From Callorhinchus milii (Eukaryota): a stretch of DNA of 64,000 bases. The number at the start of each line of letters is the position of its first letter. Within the stretch, counting starts at the first letter, position 1. Position numbers and translations under genes: made by a program. Under the pieces are notes generated by a model. The model worked only from the letters and a program-made list of their open reading frames with translations. It searched no databases and had not been told where the DNA came from. Below are positions 37,735 to 51,890 of the stretch, piece after piece. The stretch covers positions 79,796,001 through 79,860,000 of the forward strand of contig NW_024704742.1 of assembly GCF_018977255.1 (NCBI RefSeq), read 5' to 3'.

Positions 37735-38086
37735 TTATTAATAATAATCCTTGCATTTGATATAGCACCTTATCACGTCTTCGAGATGTCTCAAAGCGCT
37801 TCACAGAATATACTGTCAAGTGAATTAACTGTATTTTGTATTGGTGAAACGCAGCAGCCAATTGCACACAGCAGTGTCCCACAAACAGTTTGAGTGACCA
37901 CATTTTTTTAAAGGAATTATTACCCCCGGAAAAGCTATCCGCCAATTGACTAACAACCAGGTTCCTTACTGTTAGGTAAACAGAGGCGTGTGGAGAAAGA
38001 AACTTGCCTATCATTTCACCTTGCCCGGGAGTCAAACCCAGGTCTTCTCACTTGTGAGTGTTCTAACCAATACCCTACAGGACTCC
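37735..38086 (-). mobile_element. SINE, long variant
   Basis: Full head to tail similarity to 31357-31710. Confidence 0.85.
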
Positions 38087-38205
38087 ACAATAGCATTATT
38101 AGTTACAAACCAACACGAAAACACAAAAGTCAATTAACAAATTGCAATAATTGTACATCCCGAGCAATTGTTCTCTACATATTAGATAATAAGTTAAATA
38201 CCCAC

Positions 38206-38345
38206 TGTGAATATTGTAGCTGCAATGGCGTACACCAGAAAAGCCTGAGCATTATCAAATGCCATTTCAGCTTGATCCTTTGACTGCTCTTCACTTTCAG
38301 CCTTCTTCTGATCAACATACAACCACCAAAGAAGAGCTGTGCCAC
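38206..38345 (-). CDS. SLC44A1: SLC44A1 exon 8 (GTALLWWLYVDQ...FLVYAIAATIFT)
   Basis: 140 nt, attcag / gtgggt; part of ORF 38194..38421. Confidence 0.96.
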
Positions 38346-39749
38346 CTGAATGGAAATTAAAAGGAGGTAGCATTGAAGAGATAGAGGTCATGTCCACAAT
38401 CTCCTTAAAGGTAAGATTCAAGCATTCTAAGACTCAGAATAACAAATGTATTTGAAGAAATGTTGTGCATTGAGACCCTTCCTCCTGTTACGAGAAGATT
38501 CACTTTGTTCAGCAGTGAACTGAATAGGTGATATTTTCTGCAATAAACTTCTAGAGTATTCTCCTACAAGCTGAACCTGCTCTTATATCATACCTATCAA
38601 ATCATATTCTATCAATATTGAACAGACTGCCCAAGTTATTAATAATAATCCCTGCATTTGATATATGCCTTATCACGTCATTGAGACGTCTCAAAGCACT
38701 TCACAGAATATACTGTAAAGTGAATTGACTTTATATTTTGTGGGTGAAACACAGCAGCCAGTGTGCACAGCAGTATCCCACAAACAGTAGTGTTTGTGGG
38801 ACACTGTGTTTGTGTATGTGAAATAGAGCAAGAGAGATACAGAGAGTGTGTTTAAAGAGAATGGGTGGTAACTTGCATTTCTGCAGTGCTTCATATGTGA
38901 GATGATATCTCTAAGCACTATGCAAGAACGGTGTAGGCTGCTCAGTAAGGTAGGGGTGGGAGATAAGAATGTAGCAGAAAACAACTGAAAGGATTCAAAG
39001 CAGGAAGAGGGGGATTAAGGATTTACGATGGGGGAGGAAGGAAAGGCTCAAATTGCTGATTCACATGCCCTCCCAATGGTGGGACAGAGGACAGGTGGGA
39101 TTGCAAGAGATTCAGGTGGACACGAGCAATACCGTTGTGTAATAATCCAAGGTTTATTAAGTAATACAAATATCTTATTCATAAAACTGGGACCATAGCT
39201 ACAGTAGAATCAATATTGATTCCACTGGAAAGTGTGCTGACTCTCTACAACAACTCCAACTATTTCAAAGTTACATCTTTCTTTTATGTGTTTCTAACTA
39301 CCTCATAGCAATCTTTGAGCAGGCTCTTTTTGCATGAGAAACTAACTGATAAGGAGAGAGAGATATGGACAACTATTTGGGAGGATTCCTGCTTCTTAGT
39401 CTTGAGCTGATCAGATGTCCAGGAATGTGCTTCTCTCTCTGAGCACCCTTGTGTTCACATCTGTCCTCATGACATGATTACTCAATTCCTAGATGGGAGT
39501 ATGACCTCTACCCAGACGCCAAACAAGGGAAAGCTGACTCTCAGACAGGGTCAAGCCAATATATCTTCAACTTTTCTAACGCTAATTGGCACATATACTC
39601 TTTCAGGGGCCCTAAGTCAGTCATTTAAAACACACCCTTGTCTATGCCCCAATAAGTAAGGAACGCTATACTAAATAAATTATGTGTTTGGTTGTATTTT
39701 AAAAGTATATTAATTAAAAATCTTAAAAACAGTAAGAATCACAAGTATA

Positions 39750-40130
39750 ATCTTACAGGATATGCAGTAGACCCATGTTTATGGAATGAAGGAAGTAGAT
39801 ACTGCTGGAGGGCAGAAGGAGATTGTTCAGTAGAGTGAGTCAAGGAAAGATGAGGAGCTTGACAGTGGAATCTGGTGGAATGGGAGTGATGGGCATAAGG
39901 AGCCGAGAGTGCAAAAGGAAATATACTGTAGAGTTGTGAAGAAACTGGACATTTGAGAGAGGGTGAGATACTCAAGTTAGGAAGCCAGAGAGGATAGCGT
40001 TTGATAAAGTGGTGATGCCAATGCGGATGAAAGTTTTGGCTACATTGTGGTGAGAGGGACAGAAATGGGCAATTTTCTAGAGGTGAAAAAGCAGTCTAGG
40101 TGAAGGACCAAGGCTTGGAATTTAATGCTC
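39750..40130 (-). mobile_element. Highly degraded L2 fragment
   Basis: Purine-rich plus strand similar to other L2 copies. Confidence 0.5.
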
Positions 40131-40291
40131 AAAAGGGAGCTGAAGGTCATATAAAAATATAAATGCATTTTTTAAACACAAAACTAATCTTTACTACAAA
40201 GAACTGCATTTACTTTCATCATAATATTGAGAATTACCCTTTTCTAAATATAATTTATTACTGAACTAAGTAGTAAATATAATGAACTTAC

Positions 40292-40381
40292 CAATGGAGC
40301 CAACGATAGTGAGAATTGTAAGGATCCAAACAAGCACTCTGGAGATGTAGCGGATCACCACCATCAATATCATTGACAAAA
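40292..40381 (-). CDS. SLC44A1: SLC44A1 exon 7 ([31 protein letters not shown])
   Basis: 90 nt, tcacag / gtaagt; TM segments. Confidence 0.97.
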
Positions 40382-43000
40382 CTGTGAAGAAAATAATTCA
40401 TAATGCAATCATTTATCAAGTTCAAAAGTAAAAATTCAAACAAAAGATGTGGATGGGTGGGGTAGACATGCTTTTAATTCATGTTATGTGTACTTGCTAC
40501 ACACACGGAAGCAGACAGTTTATTTTGTGAACAACTCAAGACAGAAATGCAGTGAATTAACGCATGCCTGCTTTTCGCCTCTGTGACCCTAAGTTGAATA
40601 CAGCCTTTTAGGTGTTCCATCTTTTGACTCCAAAAGATCCCACGTAAAGTTTAGCCAATTTCACCCAGTTCCCAGGGGAAGGGGCATAGCATAAATCAGG
40701 CCCAAAATGCCACTAACTCTAGATTTTAATCAGAGCTGGCACAGGTTGGGGGGCATTGACAAGGTTGGCATCAATGGTGTACTCGTGGAGTGTATATATA
40801 TATATATATAAAGCTCTATACTGGAATCCATTATGATACCCATGACCTCGTAGTGTTTTTCCTTACACTGGGCAATGAATGTTGTAAAGTACTCCATTTG
40901 CCAGCAGTAACCTTCAGTTTAAAAAGTAAAATACTGATAGCTGCACATCATTTATTCTGTTTAGACATTAGTAACGTCATTATTTTAAACCCTTGTTGGT
41001 GGTGATCACAGGTTTTTCCCCAGAATATGCCAGCTACTTTGCTTGAAGAAAAATAAAAATTAGCTCAAACCAGTATATTATACACCACTCTCTCAAAGCA
41101 TTGCGACTTACAATGCTATCCACAGAGAAAACAATTGCTTTCTTTAATTGACAGTTGAATAATTTACTAATCAGGGACGAGTTCCAGTTGTGGTACCAAG
41201 AACTGACTGCAGCTGGATTTGGTGTTTACAGGAATCAATTATTTGTGTTCAGATAATAACAGCAAGACACTGCCAGAAATTTAAATGATCCGAAGAGAGA
41301 AAAACTTGGCTTTCAGTTGCACAAACAAAAATAGTGCTTGTGTATCTTCAGCAGAATCGTCAAGAACCAAACATTTTATCCAAATGGGCATGCTCTATTA
41401 AAAGTTAGAATTGCCATTCAAAGCATCTGATTGTTGCACTAATTTGCACATTTTCATTTCAAAATCAAGTCACAGAGAACAATGTTAGAGACAGACAGTG
41501 TCCTTAAGATGTCCGTAGGCTAAACAAGACATAGAAAAATACCAATAGTGGTCACATTCCAAGAGAATTCTTTATCCACCCACTGGTGCCTTGTCCACTT
41601 CACTCGTCAGACAAACACTTCAACTTAGAACTATTTCAGAACAGCAAAAAAAATAGTTTAATGGGGGAATATTTTCATCCACAGTGTGCCTACCCAAGTA
41701 CTGTCCTTCAAGTGGAAATAGCTTTAATCATCCTAATCTTTCAAGTGGAGATGGCCACATTTCCAAAGCTATGCAAAATCTGTATGTAGTTTCAAATAAC
41801 TTTCAATTAAATAGCACCTTTCATGTAGGATAATGTCTTTAAGAACTTTGCAAGGTGAGAAGTAGGTGTGTTAGGGGGAGGTGTCAGAAGGCATGGTTTC
41901 CAGTCAGTTTTTAATAAAAGTTTTAAAGACATTGAGATAGGGTGCAAGGGGGAGGAGTTTTGAGTGTACCTGAGGTTGTGATGGAGGGTTGGGCTGAGTT
42001 TGTCAGTGAGAACAGCATTTGAGCAGTCAAGTCTTGAGATGACAATTGCATTAAAAAATCATCTCTGATTTGCAAATTTGCAAAGCTTGCAAATGCACAT
42101 TAAAAAGGAATATGGTAAATATTATCACTAAAGATTTTCCTTGACGAACATTTTATAATCCACCCATTCAAAAAAGATGTACATGGTACAAAACAAGACC
42201 ATTAACTGTAAATAGGAATATCACAGCACATAATTTACCACGGTGCAACTGTAAATCAGGATCAAGAAAATGAGACAAAGCACTTTGGGGAAAAAAAAAT
42301 CTCAAAAATTAATTGCAACAACATGTAAAAAGTTGAAACAAAAAATACATAAATAACAATGGCCTTTTTACCTTTTGTACTGAAGTGGCAGTATGGTCTT
42401 TGAAGGGTCAAAAACATTGTGCACATTGACACTGTTAAAAAGTGCCTGTGATTTACAAAATGTTAAAAAATATTCATGTTGCAAATTAGAATTGCATTTG
42501 AGGAAGATGTCAATTAAATGTAATCATAACTCATGGAGTCAAGTTTTTGCACAATTGCTGAAGCAAACCACCCAACCACCAAACAGAAGAGTTTCACCCC
42601 TTCACATTTTTTCTTAAAATGCCAAGATGTGAAAATCAGGCCTGAGACAAAGTGAAGCACACCACAAGACAAAATATCATATGTGACAAATGGTACTTGC
42701 ACAAAATACAATATACAGTTAAAAAGTTATATAATGCCAGGGGCAGTTTAGAAAAAATCTATTTGATTAAAAAATGTATACAAGATTCCTAACATTAAAA
42801 CAAAACAGCTCTTTAAAAACAGAAGAAATTTGTTGGCATAAAATTGGCATTATATAATGAAACAAAGGGTGTGTGTTACTATGGGATACAATAGTGTGCT
42901 AGATATACACAAAGCACTCAACTTCAATTACATTCTCCCATAATAATACACTGTCCTGTTCAATATTGCAAAAGTAAAAAATTGATCTCAGAAACATTAC

Positions 43001-43170
43001 CTAGTGAAATAAAACAAAGTCCTACTATAATTTCTTTGCTGGTCATTACTCCACTAATCACTCTCTGCAAGACACTATTGTCACGGAAGAAGTTGATCAG
43101 GGCCGCAGAAAAATTGGCATAGCAGGAAATGTTCACTGGGGCACAACGATGGAAGAATGGCACAGGCTTA
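43001..43170 (-). CDS. SLC44A1: SLC44A1 exon 6 ([17 protein letters not shown]...[12 protein letters not shown])
   Basis: 170 nt, actag / gtaatg; part of ORF 42960..43274. Confidence 0.97.
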
Positions 43171-43358
43171 CTAGTGTAAAACAAAAAGACAGGAAAATGG
43201 AATGCAAAATTAATATCAACAAATGAAAGTGATTCATGACAGCGAGGCTTTCTTAAAAAAAATACTGTATACATGTATAAGTGTCAGTGCCAATTAAATG
43301 TTAACCTTTGCTACACACAAAACTATACACAAACTCTATAGATTTTTATTCGTAACCA

Positions 43359-43428
43359 TTTCTCATTTCACTTACCCAGGAAGGGAGAAATATTTTCTCA
43401 TTTCACTTACCCAGGAAGGGAGAAATAT
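43359..43428. repeat. Perfect 35-bp tandem duplication
   Basis: TTTCTCATTTCACTTACCCAGGAAGGGAGAAATAT x2. Confidence 0.95.
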
Positions 43429-44948
43429 TTTACACAATTTAAATTAGTAACAAGTCATTCTGAAATAATAAATGCATACAATGTAATCCATTATATTTTT
43501 ATAAAGTATCTAATTATTACAATCCTTCATTATCTGTTGGATGTACACATTTATGCATTTTTCTTCTTTCACTCAATTTCAAGCAATATAGTCAGCAGGC
43601 AAACCGAGCCATGGATTTCAACATAGTTTCATTTGATACAGCACTAAATCACACTGTAGTAAGGTTGAAATAGCTGAAAATGCCTCACAGATTGAGTTAG
43701 GTTTAAGTCTAACACAGCTTGGGAAAGTACAGAAAGATAAGCTAGTGGATGTGATGTCTCTGCACCAGTTGCAAATGTTGGACACAAAGGTTAAATGATC
43801 AGAAATGTCAAATGCCAGTCTGGCCACTGAACCAAACGCCAAAATAACTGAAGTAATTATAGGAGCCAAAGAAATCCAATAACTTCTCCCTGACTGTGTG
43901 TTGATCTGAAACACAATATAGTTAATGCATCTTTGCAGGGGGCATTCCTCAATATGTGGCCTGCCAATGTTTGATTACCTATCTACCTTGGGAGCAGAGA
44001 AGTGTTTTTGTACCAAGCCAGAAGTTGAGGTATATATGTTTGCAGCTAAAGTAGAAGTTAAGCTTCAAAATTCCATGAAAGCAGAATAAAAAAGTTAAGC
44101 TTGGCAAATAAAATCCTACAATTATAGTAGTATTAAATCATCCAGATTTACATGTACTGCCATTCAATAAACTTTATGAATCTATGTGGAAGAAAGACTC
44201 ACTCTTTTTTGTCAATTAATAAGTCAACATATTAAGATTAATTTGTATTGTGAAAAATAAAAAATAAAAGATTGTGTGGGGTTAGATTAATTTGTTGCAT
44301 TTCATATTTTGCAACAGATTAACCAAGGCGGTCTGACTTAATTTAGCAGCACTACATGAAAATTAGATAATGCTGCATCTCTACTTGAAACTGCTGAAAG
44401 ATCACATAAGCAACATGAAAATTTTTGTGGGAGTGAAGAGATGTCAAAAGTACAAGTTTTGTATGTAAAGTCCAAAGGACCACTTGCACTTCTGTGGATC
44501 ATTTCCCCACCAATATGTTCCCACAGCCTAGCAATTGCAAAGATGAAAAGGTTTGACAAGTAGTGCACGCTAGTCAAGTAGCAACTGCAAGGACAGCATT
44601 TAGGTAGGCTTTGAATTTAAAATCATCAACTTACTGAAAGCTATAAAGCAACAGGATTTGAGAATAAATCCAAAACACATTGCTATTGTATATGGTCTTG
44701 TGGAGACAGCAAAGGAAATCATTTTGGTTTTAATTAAACTTAATAATAATATTATTGACTATTGTGTTAATTCTGCTAAGTGATCAAAAGTAAACTTCAA
44801 AATAGACTCGCCAGAATCCTGCACTCTGATTTACAGCAATTGTTTTCCAATTCCTAAACCTAATGTACAGTTGAATTAACAGACTGAATTCATATTATTA
44901 CAAATACCAACCACTATTTGTATTCAACAGCATTTCTGAAAAGCATAC

Positions 44949-45039
44949 CTAACTGGAACAGGAAGTTTAGGACATTTCGATCTTTTCCATTCCTTTACAT
45001 ACTTGTCTGGACTCACTTCATAAGAGCACAGCAATGATC
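44949..45039 (-). CDS. SLC44A1: SLC44A1 exon 5 (GSLLCSYEVSPDKYVKEWKRSKCPKLPVPVS)
   Basis: 91 nt, ttgcag / gtatgc; CTL1-like LCSY..CPKLPVP; phase-compatible. Confidence 0.95.
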
Positions 45040-47180
45040 CTGCAATAAAAAAAATGCGTATACATAACCTACAGAGCATGTAGAATGGAAATCATCAATG
45101 ATGTCTTATGTGATGATAGCAGTTACACAAAAGAACATTGTAATTGTATTCGTTCACCTGAATAATTCACTTAGTTTGCAATATTACAAATAATAAACTT
45201 TTTATTTAAATACATATGTTATCCTATTTTATGAAAAACAAAAAGCTCAACCTCTGCACAAATAAGGAAGAGATAGAAGAAGTGAGGAGCGGGAATGATT
45301 TAAGATCATTTTTCCATCAACTTCTTTAGAAGATCATTTTGATCTGATGGCTGTCAAGTTCCTCTCCAACCAGCCATTTTTTCTGAACTATTTCAATGGA
45401 AGAAACAGCAATAACACATTTTGCAAGAACAATGCAACAGACAAACATTTGCTGGAAGAGTTAGGTCAGGAGCGGAATAGAATTGTAAGCTGTGTCGGAA
45501 CCACTTTTAAAAAATGGAATACATATAGAGGGTAACCTGATATAAATCTACTTATTCAATGAAAGTCGTCAAGCATCTGATTGTGAAACTCCAAGGGCTG
45601 ACATCTTGAAACAATTCAGTGCCAAACACACATGAAGAAAATAATGCATTCTTGAAGTATACAGACTGTTCTAACACCCAGAACAAATGATTACAACAGG
45701 CAAGAGCTTGCATTTATATAGCACCCTTTTCCCAAGATAGCATCTCGGGGAACCTACAACACCCATATCATGAAAGGGCACCACTTCAGTCATATTACTG
45801 TAGTAAAATGGAGGCATCAGCCAGGCTCTTCCAAACACAGCTATTAATTTACTAGTAAAGTGGCTCATCCCAGGAAGGGGGCAACAGAGATCAGAGCTAA
45901 GATTGCATAAATTTATACCTATTGAACCTACTTTTGTTGGTTCCCTGAGATATCAAGCCCAACAGCTTTTAACTTCACCAAAAGTTTTTTAAAAATGTGT
46001 TGGCGTACTGATGGGAGTCTTACCAGCTAAAGCCGCATAGCTTTATATATAATTTCATTTAGAACTGAACATAATATAATTTATAACTAAACAGGGTTAA
46101 GGTAGGTACAGCCTTATACAAAGCAAAGCGAGAAAAAATATAAAAATAAGATGGCAATGTTTTTGAAGTGGATCATCTGTTAAACATTGCTCTCTAATCC
46201 AAACTTCACCCCACCATGATAGCAATTCCCAAATGCACAAGGAGATTGACAGAATTATGAAAACCTAACTATAACAATCTATACCAAGGAAAACAGTCAC
46301 AGACCCAGTTTCTTCCCACCCAGCACTTGTCAACCTACAAGGAGTAGGGTGGGTTCTCGTTGCTAACCCTTGCTTCATGTTAGCTGGTTATACTCTAGCT
46401 ATATCCCAATGCACACTCTAAAATCCTCAACATGCGCCTAAAACTTTCAGTGTGCAGGATGTGTCCCTCTGAGCAGAAGCACAAAATGAAAACTTCCATA
46501 CATAACTAGAACTGCCAGCGGTTTAATTTGGATACTCTTAAGCATAGTGACAGGTTTCAGTGTGTGTCAGGCACCCGGATGACAAAAAAAAAACTTCCAG
46601 TCATATTATACAAAGCAGTTGGGAGAATGTAAGCAAGTACCCATCTTGAAGCAAAATACAACAGCACCTTGCATTTTTATGCAACGACAACTTGCATTTA
46701 TATAGAGCCCTTCATGTGGGGCAGGGTCTCGGAGCGCTTAACAGCCCGATGTCGAGCCAGGCGGAATGAAGAGGTGACCTGTAAGCATGGTTGAAGAGGA
46801 AAGTCTTTAACCGTAATCTAAAACAGGGGAAAGAGAGGGCAAGGCAGTGGGATTTGTAGAATCCTTCTCTCAGGCTAGCATCTTGGCTGTGCTTAAAATG
46901 TATTCTATTCTTATTTTGAAGAACTTTCTTATTTTCAAGGATTGAAGTAACAAGAACATTTTGTGTACAGCCTAATTTGTGGTAAAAAGAAGCACAGGAA
47001 GTTGAAAGTATTATCATATAAGTTTACTCCTTCCCCTTCCATATCCCAGGATAACTCTCCTGGTATGCTTTATGAACTCAATTTTGAAATTCATTGCAAC
47101 TACACATGGGACTCAGCATGTAATAATAATCCTTGCATTTGATATAGCGCTTTTCGCTTTCCATGAATACTCAGCATGTA

Positions 47181-47582
47181 CTGGAGAAGGGAAGGTCGAG
47201 GGGTGATATGATTATGGTCTTTAACATTCTGAAGGGAAATAGATAATGTAGACTATGATAAGCGGTTTTATCTTGTACTGAACAGCAGAACTAAAGGACA
47301 CAGCCTACGATTGAAGGGGGCTAAATTCAGAACAAGTCTGCAGAAACACTACTTTCAGTGAGTGAGTATGGAACTTATGGAACAGACTCCCTGGGGAGAC
47401 AGTGGAAGCAGAAAATGTTGTTTGTTTCAAGAACAAATTAGATAGACTTCTGCTAGAAAATAATATTTCAGGATACAGGATATATTTTGGGACACAACAT
47501 GACAAGCGACTGCTAGGATTGTGGAAGGTGAATTAGATGGATCTTGGCCTTCTTTCGCCCGGCACATTCTTATGTTCTTATA
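47181..47582 (+). mobile_element. CR1 LINE 3' fragment
   Basis: RGDMI..F.ILKG / RTKGHS / WNRLP-like coding remnants; (TTCTTATG)n tail. Confidence 0.8.
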
Positions 47583-48129
47583 CTGAAAGTCTCATCTGAA
47601 TGATGCAATTCCAACAACTCAAAGATCCCCAAGAACCACATTTATGGGTCAGCCTAGACTATGAGTCAAAGTCCTAACATAGAACTTGAATACACAACCT
47701 TCTGACTCAAGAGTTTAGAGTGGCAGACTGAATGACACCTTAAGTATAGTATTTGAGTATTTAACAACTTAAATACACATTGTGTTCATATGTGGTGACC
47801 ATTTTTTTTAAAAATCCATTCAGTAATAAGGTTTAATAACAAAAATTTTGCAAGACCGTACATCTACCTATACATACAACATCACAACACGTGCACACTC
47901 CAGACTTGACAGACTTTGTGATCCAGAATAAATATTAACTTTGCACTTTACCAAGAGTACAACAAAGCACAGCCAAACAGTCATTTACTGAACCATCCAT
48001 TGTCCAGACATCTTATGAATTGAATAATTTCCAAATGCTGGAAGTATCAATATATAAAGATAAACCCATACAAGTTACATGCATGTTTAATACAAGCTTT
48101 CAGATTCAGCAAATTGTACAAACATAAGA

Positions 48130-48412
48130 GTAAATGTGGAGAAACGGTTTCCTCTGGCGGGTGGGTCCCTAACCAGAGGACACAGACAAGGAGAAATGTT
48201 TCTACCCAGAGAGTTGTTACGATTTGGAATGCACTGCCTAAAAGGGTGGTGGAAGCAGATTCGACAGTAGTTTTGAAAAGGGAATTGAATAGGTACTTCA
48301 AAAGGAAACGTTCGCAGGGAGCGGGACGAGTTGGATAACTTTTTCAAAGAGCTAGCAGGATGGGTCGAACGATCTTATTCTATGCTGCAAGATTCTATGT
48401 ATGATTTCTATG
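48130..48412 (+). mobile_element. CR1 LINE 3' fragment
   Basis: TQRVVTIWNALPKRVVEA motif; (ATTCTATG)-type tail. Confidence 0.8.
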
Positions 48413-50009
48413 ATCTAAAATACAATACTTGGGAGTTCAAATATTATTTCTTATAACAAAATAGTGATGGTTACAAGGAAGTAATATGACTGTGAGATAT
48501 GCTGCATTTTACTAAACTACAAAGGATCTTTTAAACATCTCAATTATCATTTCGGAATTAAACTGTCCTTCCTTTTGCAACTGATATCCAGAATGAAACC
48601 TCATCCTCTCTGCTGAACTGGAAGATTTTGTAAAGCTCTTTGTGAAGAGCAATACAATGAATTTTCAAAAAAACAGGTTATTCTGAAAATAAGCATGCAG
48701 TCAGCATAAATATTGTATTGGAAACACTCAAGATAAATATTAATACTAATAGCATTCACACTGAACAGAGACATCAAAGTCCACCTGATGATAACCTTAC
48801 GATGACTGTCTTAAGATTGTTGATGCAGATTTGCAGGAAGTTCTTAAATTCTGTCTTAATCTGGAAGCCAGTTTTCTGAAGCTCTTAAAAAGACCAGTGG
48901 AAAATTGACTTGCAATTTAAGAGTAAATTTAAAAATTGTATAAAATTCTGCAGAATCTTAAATTTTGAGACTGGAAAAATAGTGGACTTTGGCATTTTTA
49001 TGCTATAGAAAAAGAAAGTTCACTGACAAGTTGCTACTTCAAGTGCTGATAGTATCCGTTAAGATTCTTGATTTATAAAATGTAAAGTAACCTCAGTACT
49101 ATGACCAAACAAGGGATCTTTAACGTAAAAGCTCATAATTCAAGCAACAACAACAAAATTACATTTGTAAAGCGTTTTTCACGTTGAGAGGACGTCCCAA
49201 GGCACTGGAGTTCATGCTCTAATTGTTTCTTGTTATTTTCTGTTGACTCAGCCTTAGGTATGTAGAAATAGGAGTAGGCCATTCAGCCAGTCAAGCGTGT
49301 TTCTCTGGTTAGCAGGATATCATTTGCAGGGTTCATAGTATCATATCCAATTGTAAACCATCATCAGTGACAGCAAAATAGCACAATTGTAATCAAAATA
49401 AAACTAAAATTAAATTAAATCTTGGATTTTGTTCAATTGATGAAGATTAATTGCTTTTGCAGTTTTATCATGCATAACACTGTGCCGTTGAACAAAATTT
49501 TATCAGCAATTTTCAGCAGAACACAAAACATGCTGTTTTACTGATTGCATCACTATATGTTAACGTACTAGTGTCACCCAGTCACCCAACACACTCAAAA
49601 AAATACTGACAGCTCAGACACTCATATTTTGAAACAAATCTGTTCAAAAGAAATTCACCATATATACAGAACTGCTGATAATATAGGAAATAAATCATAT
49701 ACAAAACTCTCTTAAAAAATAGCCAGTTCATTGGCAGACACTGAAAAATTTGCAAAGATGAATAGAAAATAGTAATGCAGAAACAAAATTAAAAAAAGAA
49801 AAACATAGGGGGTAAATAGAACAGGCAGAAATACTTCTCAAAACTTTATAAGCATACAAGTAAGTGAATTTTTCATTGTGCCTGGAACCAGCGCCTTGGG
49901 ATGTCCTCCCGATGTAAAAGGCACGATACAAATGTAATTTGTTTTACTGTATTTAATCTCATGAATGCTGACTGCTCTGCTGTGACTCCAGTTTGCTTGA
50001 GTGGAAGTT

Positions 50010-50600
50010 AACATCGAGGCTCGACTATGCAAACTCACCGCTTTTCGGCCTCCCCAATTCTTCCCTCCACCGGCTGCAGATCATCCGGAACTCTGCAGCC
50101 CGTGTCCTCTCCCGCACCAGGCTCCGTGACCCTATCACCCCCATCCTTGCCCAACTCCACTGGCCTCCCATCACACAGAGAATGCAGTTCAAGATTCTGG
50201 TCCTCACCTTCAAAACCCTCCATTCTTGCTCCCCCCTACTTCTCCGACCTCTTAACCCCCTACCACCCTGTTCGCTCCCTCCGCTCAGCGGACTCTGGAC
50301 TGCTTCATGTCCCTCGCCTTACTCGCCCCACTATCGACGGGTGGGCCTTCCGCCACTCTGCGCCCACCCTCTGGAACTCCATCCCGCAGTCACTCCGTCT
50401 CGCCCCCTCATTCGCCACCTTCAAGATCCACCTCAAGACCCTCCTCTTCGACCGTGCTTTTGATCTCCCCGCTTCCCCCCGTGCCCTCCCCCACCCCGAC
50501 CCTCATCTCGGGTCCTTAACTCTGTCGGTCCAGCGCCTTGGGACGTCCTCCCAACGTGCAAGGCATTATATCAATGTAATTTTGTTGTTGTGTTGTTGTT
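50010..50600 (+). mobile_element. L2 3' fragment
   Basis: SRLDYANS..IRNSAARVL..LHWPP; tail and (TTG)n. Confidence 0.9.
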
Positions 50601-50919
50601 TGCATGTTTGCAGATGATGTCACCAAGAGGGAGATTTAGATATTGAAGAGCAGGGGACCAACGACAGAGCCCTGAGGAATGCCGCACGAGACGGCGCAGT
50701 GGCTAGAGGAGAAACAGGTTTGTGGAAATAACGTTTGTGGAGATGAAATGGAGACGATGTGAGAGGTAGGATCTGAACTATTCAAGGACAGAACCACAAA
50801 GGTTGAGGTGAGAGGGGCATCACCACCAAAACAATCTGCAGCAATATTAGCATAAGTGTTTATGCATAAAAAGTTGAATGAAAATGAACTTTCCTTCGCT
50901 ATCAATCCTGTAATCTTAC

Positions 50920-51056
50920 CATTTTCCTTTGCAAATTTTTCAACGTCCTTAGGATATTTCATCTCAGTGGCTGGACATGTAGACACACACAGCGCCATGG
51001 ATTTGATTTTCATCTTGGTCAGATCCAGGTTGCAAGGATCCAAGAAAAAGACAAAT
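50920..51056 (-). CDS. SLC44A1: SLC44A1 exon 4 ([28 protein letters not shown]...)
   Basis: 137 nt, ttacag / gtaaga; part of ORF 50636..51169; phase-compatible with neighbours. Confidence 0.97.
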
Positions 51057-51890
51057 CTGTAAGGGAAAAAGTGAGAACAGAAAAATATTGAGTGAAGCTC
51101 ATGTGGCAAATAGATCTGATTTTTTTTTAAAAAATAAGGATTTGATCGTCTGAAATTGTTTATTGGCAATCGAAGGATGAGATCAAATTGACAAAAGGAC
51201 CTTCTTCAGTAAAATACCTTGCGATTTTTGTGTACTTTCTTAAAACCTTCTGCTTAAAGTTAAAATTTAATGAAGTTATAAACATGGCATACTTAAATGT
51301 ATTGTTATATCAGTACCTGACAGGTACTGATGGTCTTATTGCAGTCACGTAGTTTCATGGCAAATGATTCAAATGCAAAATACTCAACCAAATCTAGGCT
51401 CCCACGACCAATTTGGATGTCCGAACTGCATAGAGCAATTTGAGACATCTTGCCAATGTGAAAGGTGCCATCAATTTACAATTTATTGTAATAATAATAA
51501 TCCTTACATTTGATATAGCGCCTAATCACGTTTTTGAGATGTCTCAAAGCGCTTCACAGAATATACTACAAGACTAACTCCAGACCTGTGAGTGAATAAA
51601 GTTGGGAGAAGGTCTCAAAGGTAAACTTTTAAAATTCCAAGTTAAAGTATCAGACTTTTGAATTGAACACATTAAAGAAAATAAGACAAATATACCTTAT
51701 ACATTTCTGACCAAGGGACTATCCAAATGCATAGTTATGAAATAAACGAACACTAGTCTTAAAACGTTTTCCATATACAGTGTTGAAATAGGATCATCAC
51801 TTTTGTAAGTTAACATTTACAAGATTTTTAAAACTATCTAATTATAATGGTCAAAATAACATTATTTGATAGCTTTGATTGCATACTTAC

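Noticed and set aside
39130..39640. Possible solo LTR (minus-strand AATAAA...TTACA end)
   Set aside because: No matching TG start, TSD or second copy could be identified.
50636..50919. Extended exon 4 ORF into an L2 fragment
   Set aside because: Canonical donor at 50919 fits the conserved phase; the extension is intronic repeat sequence.
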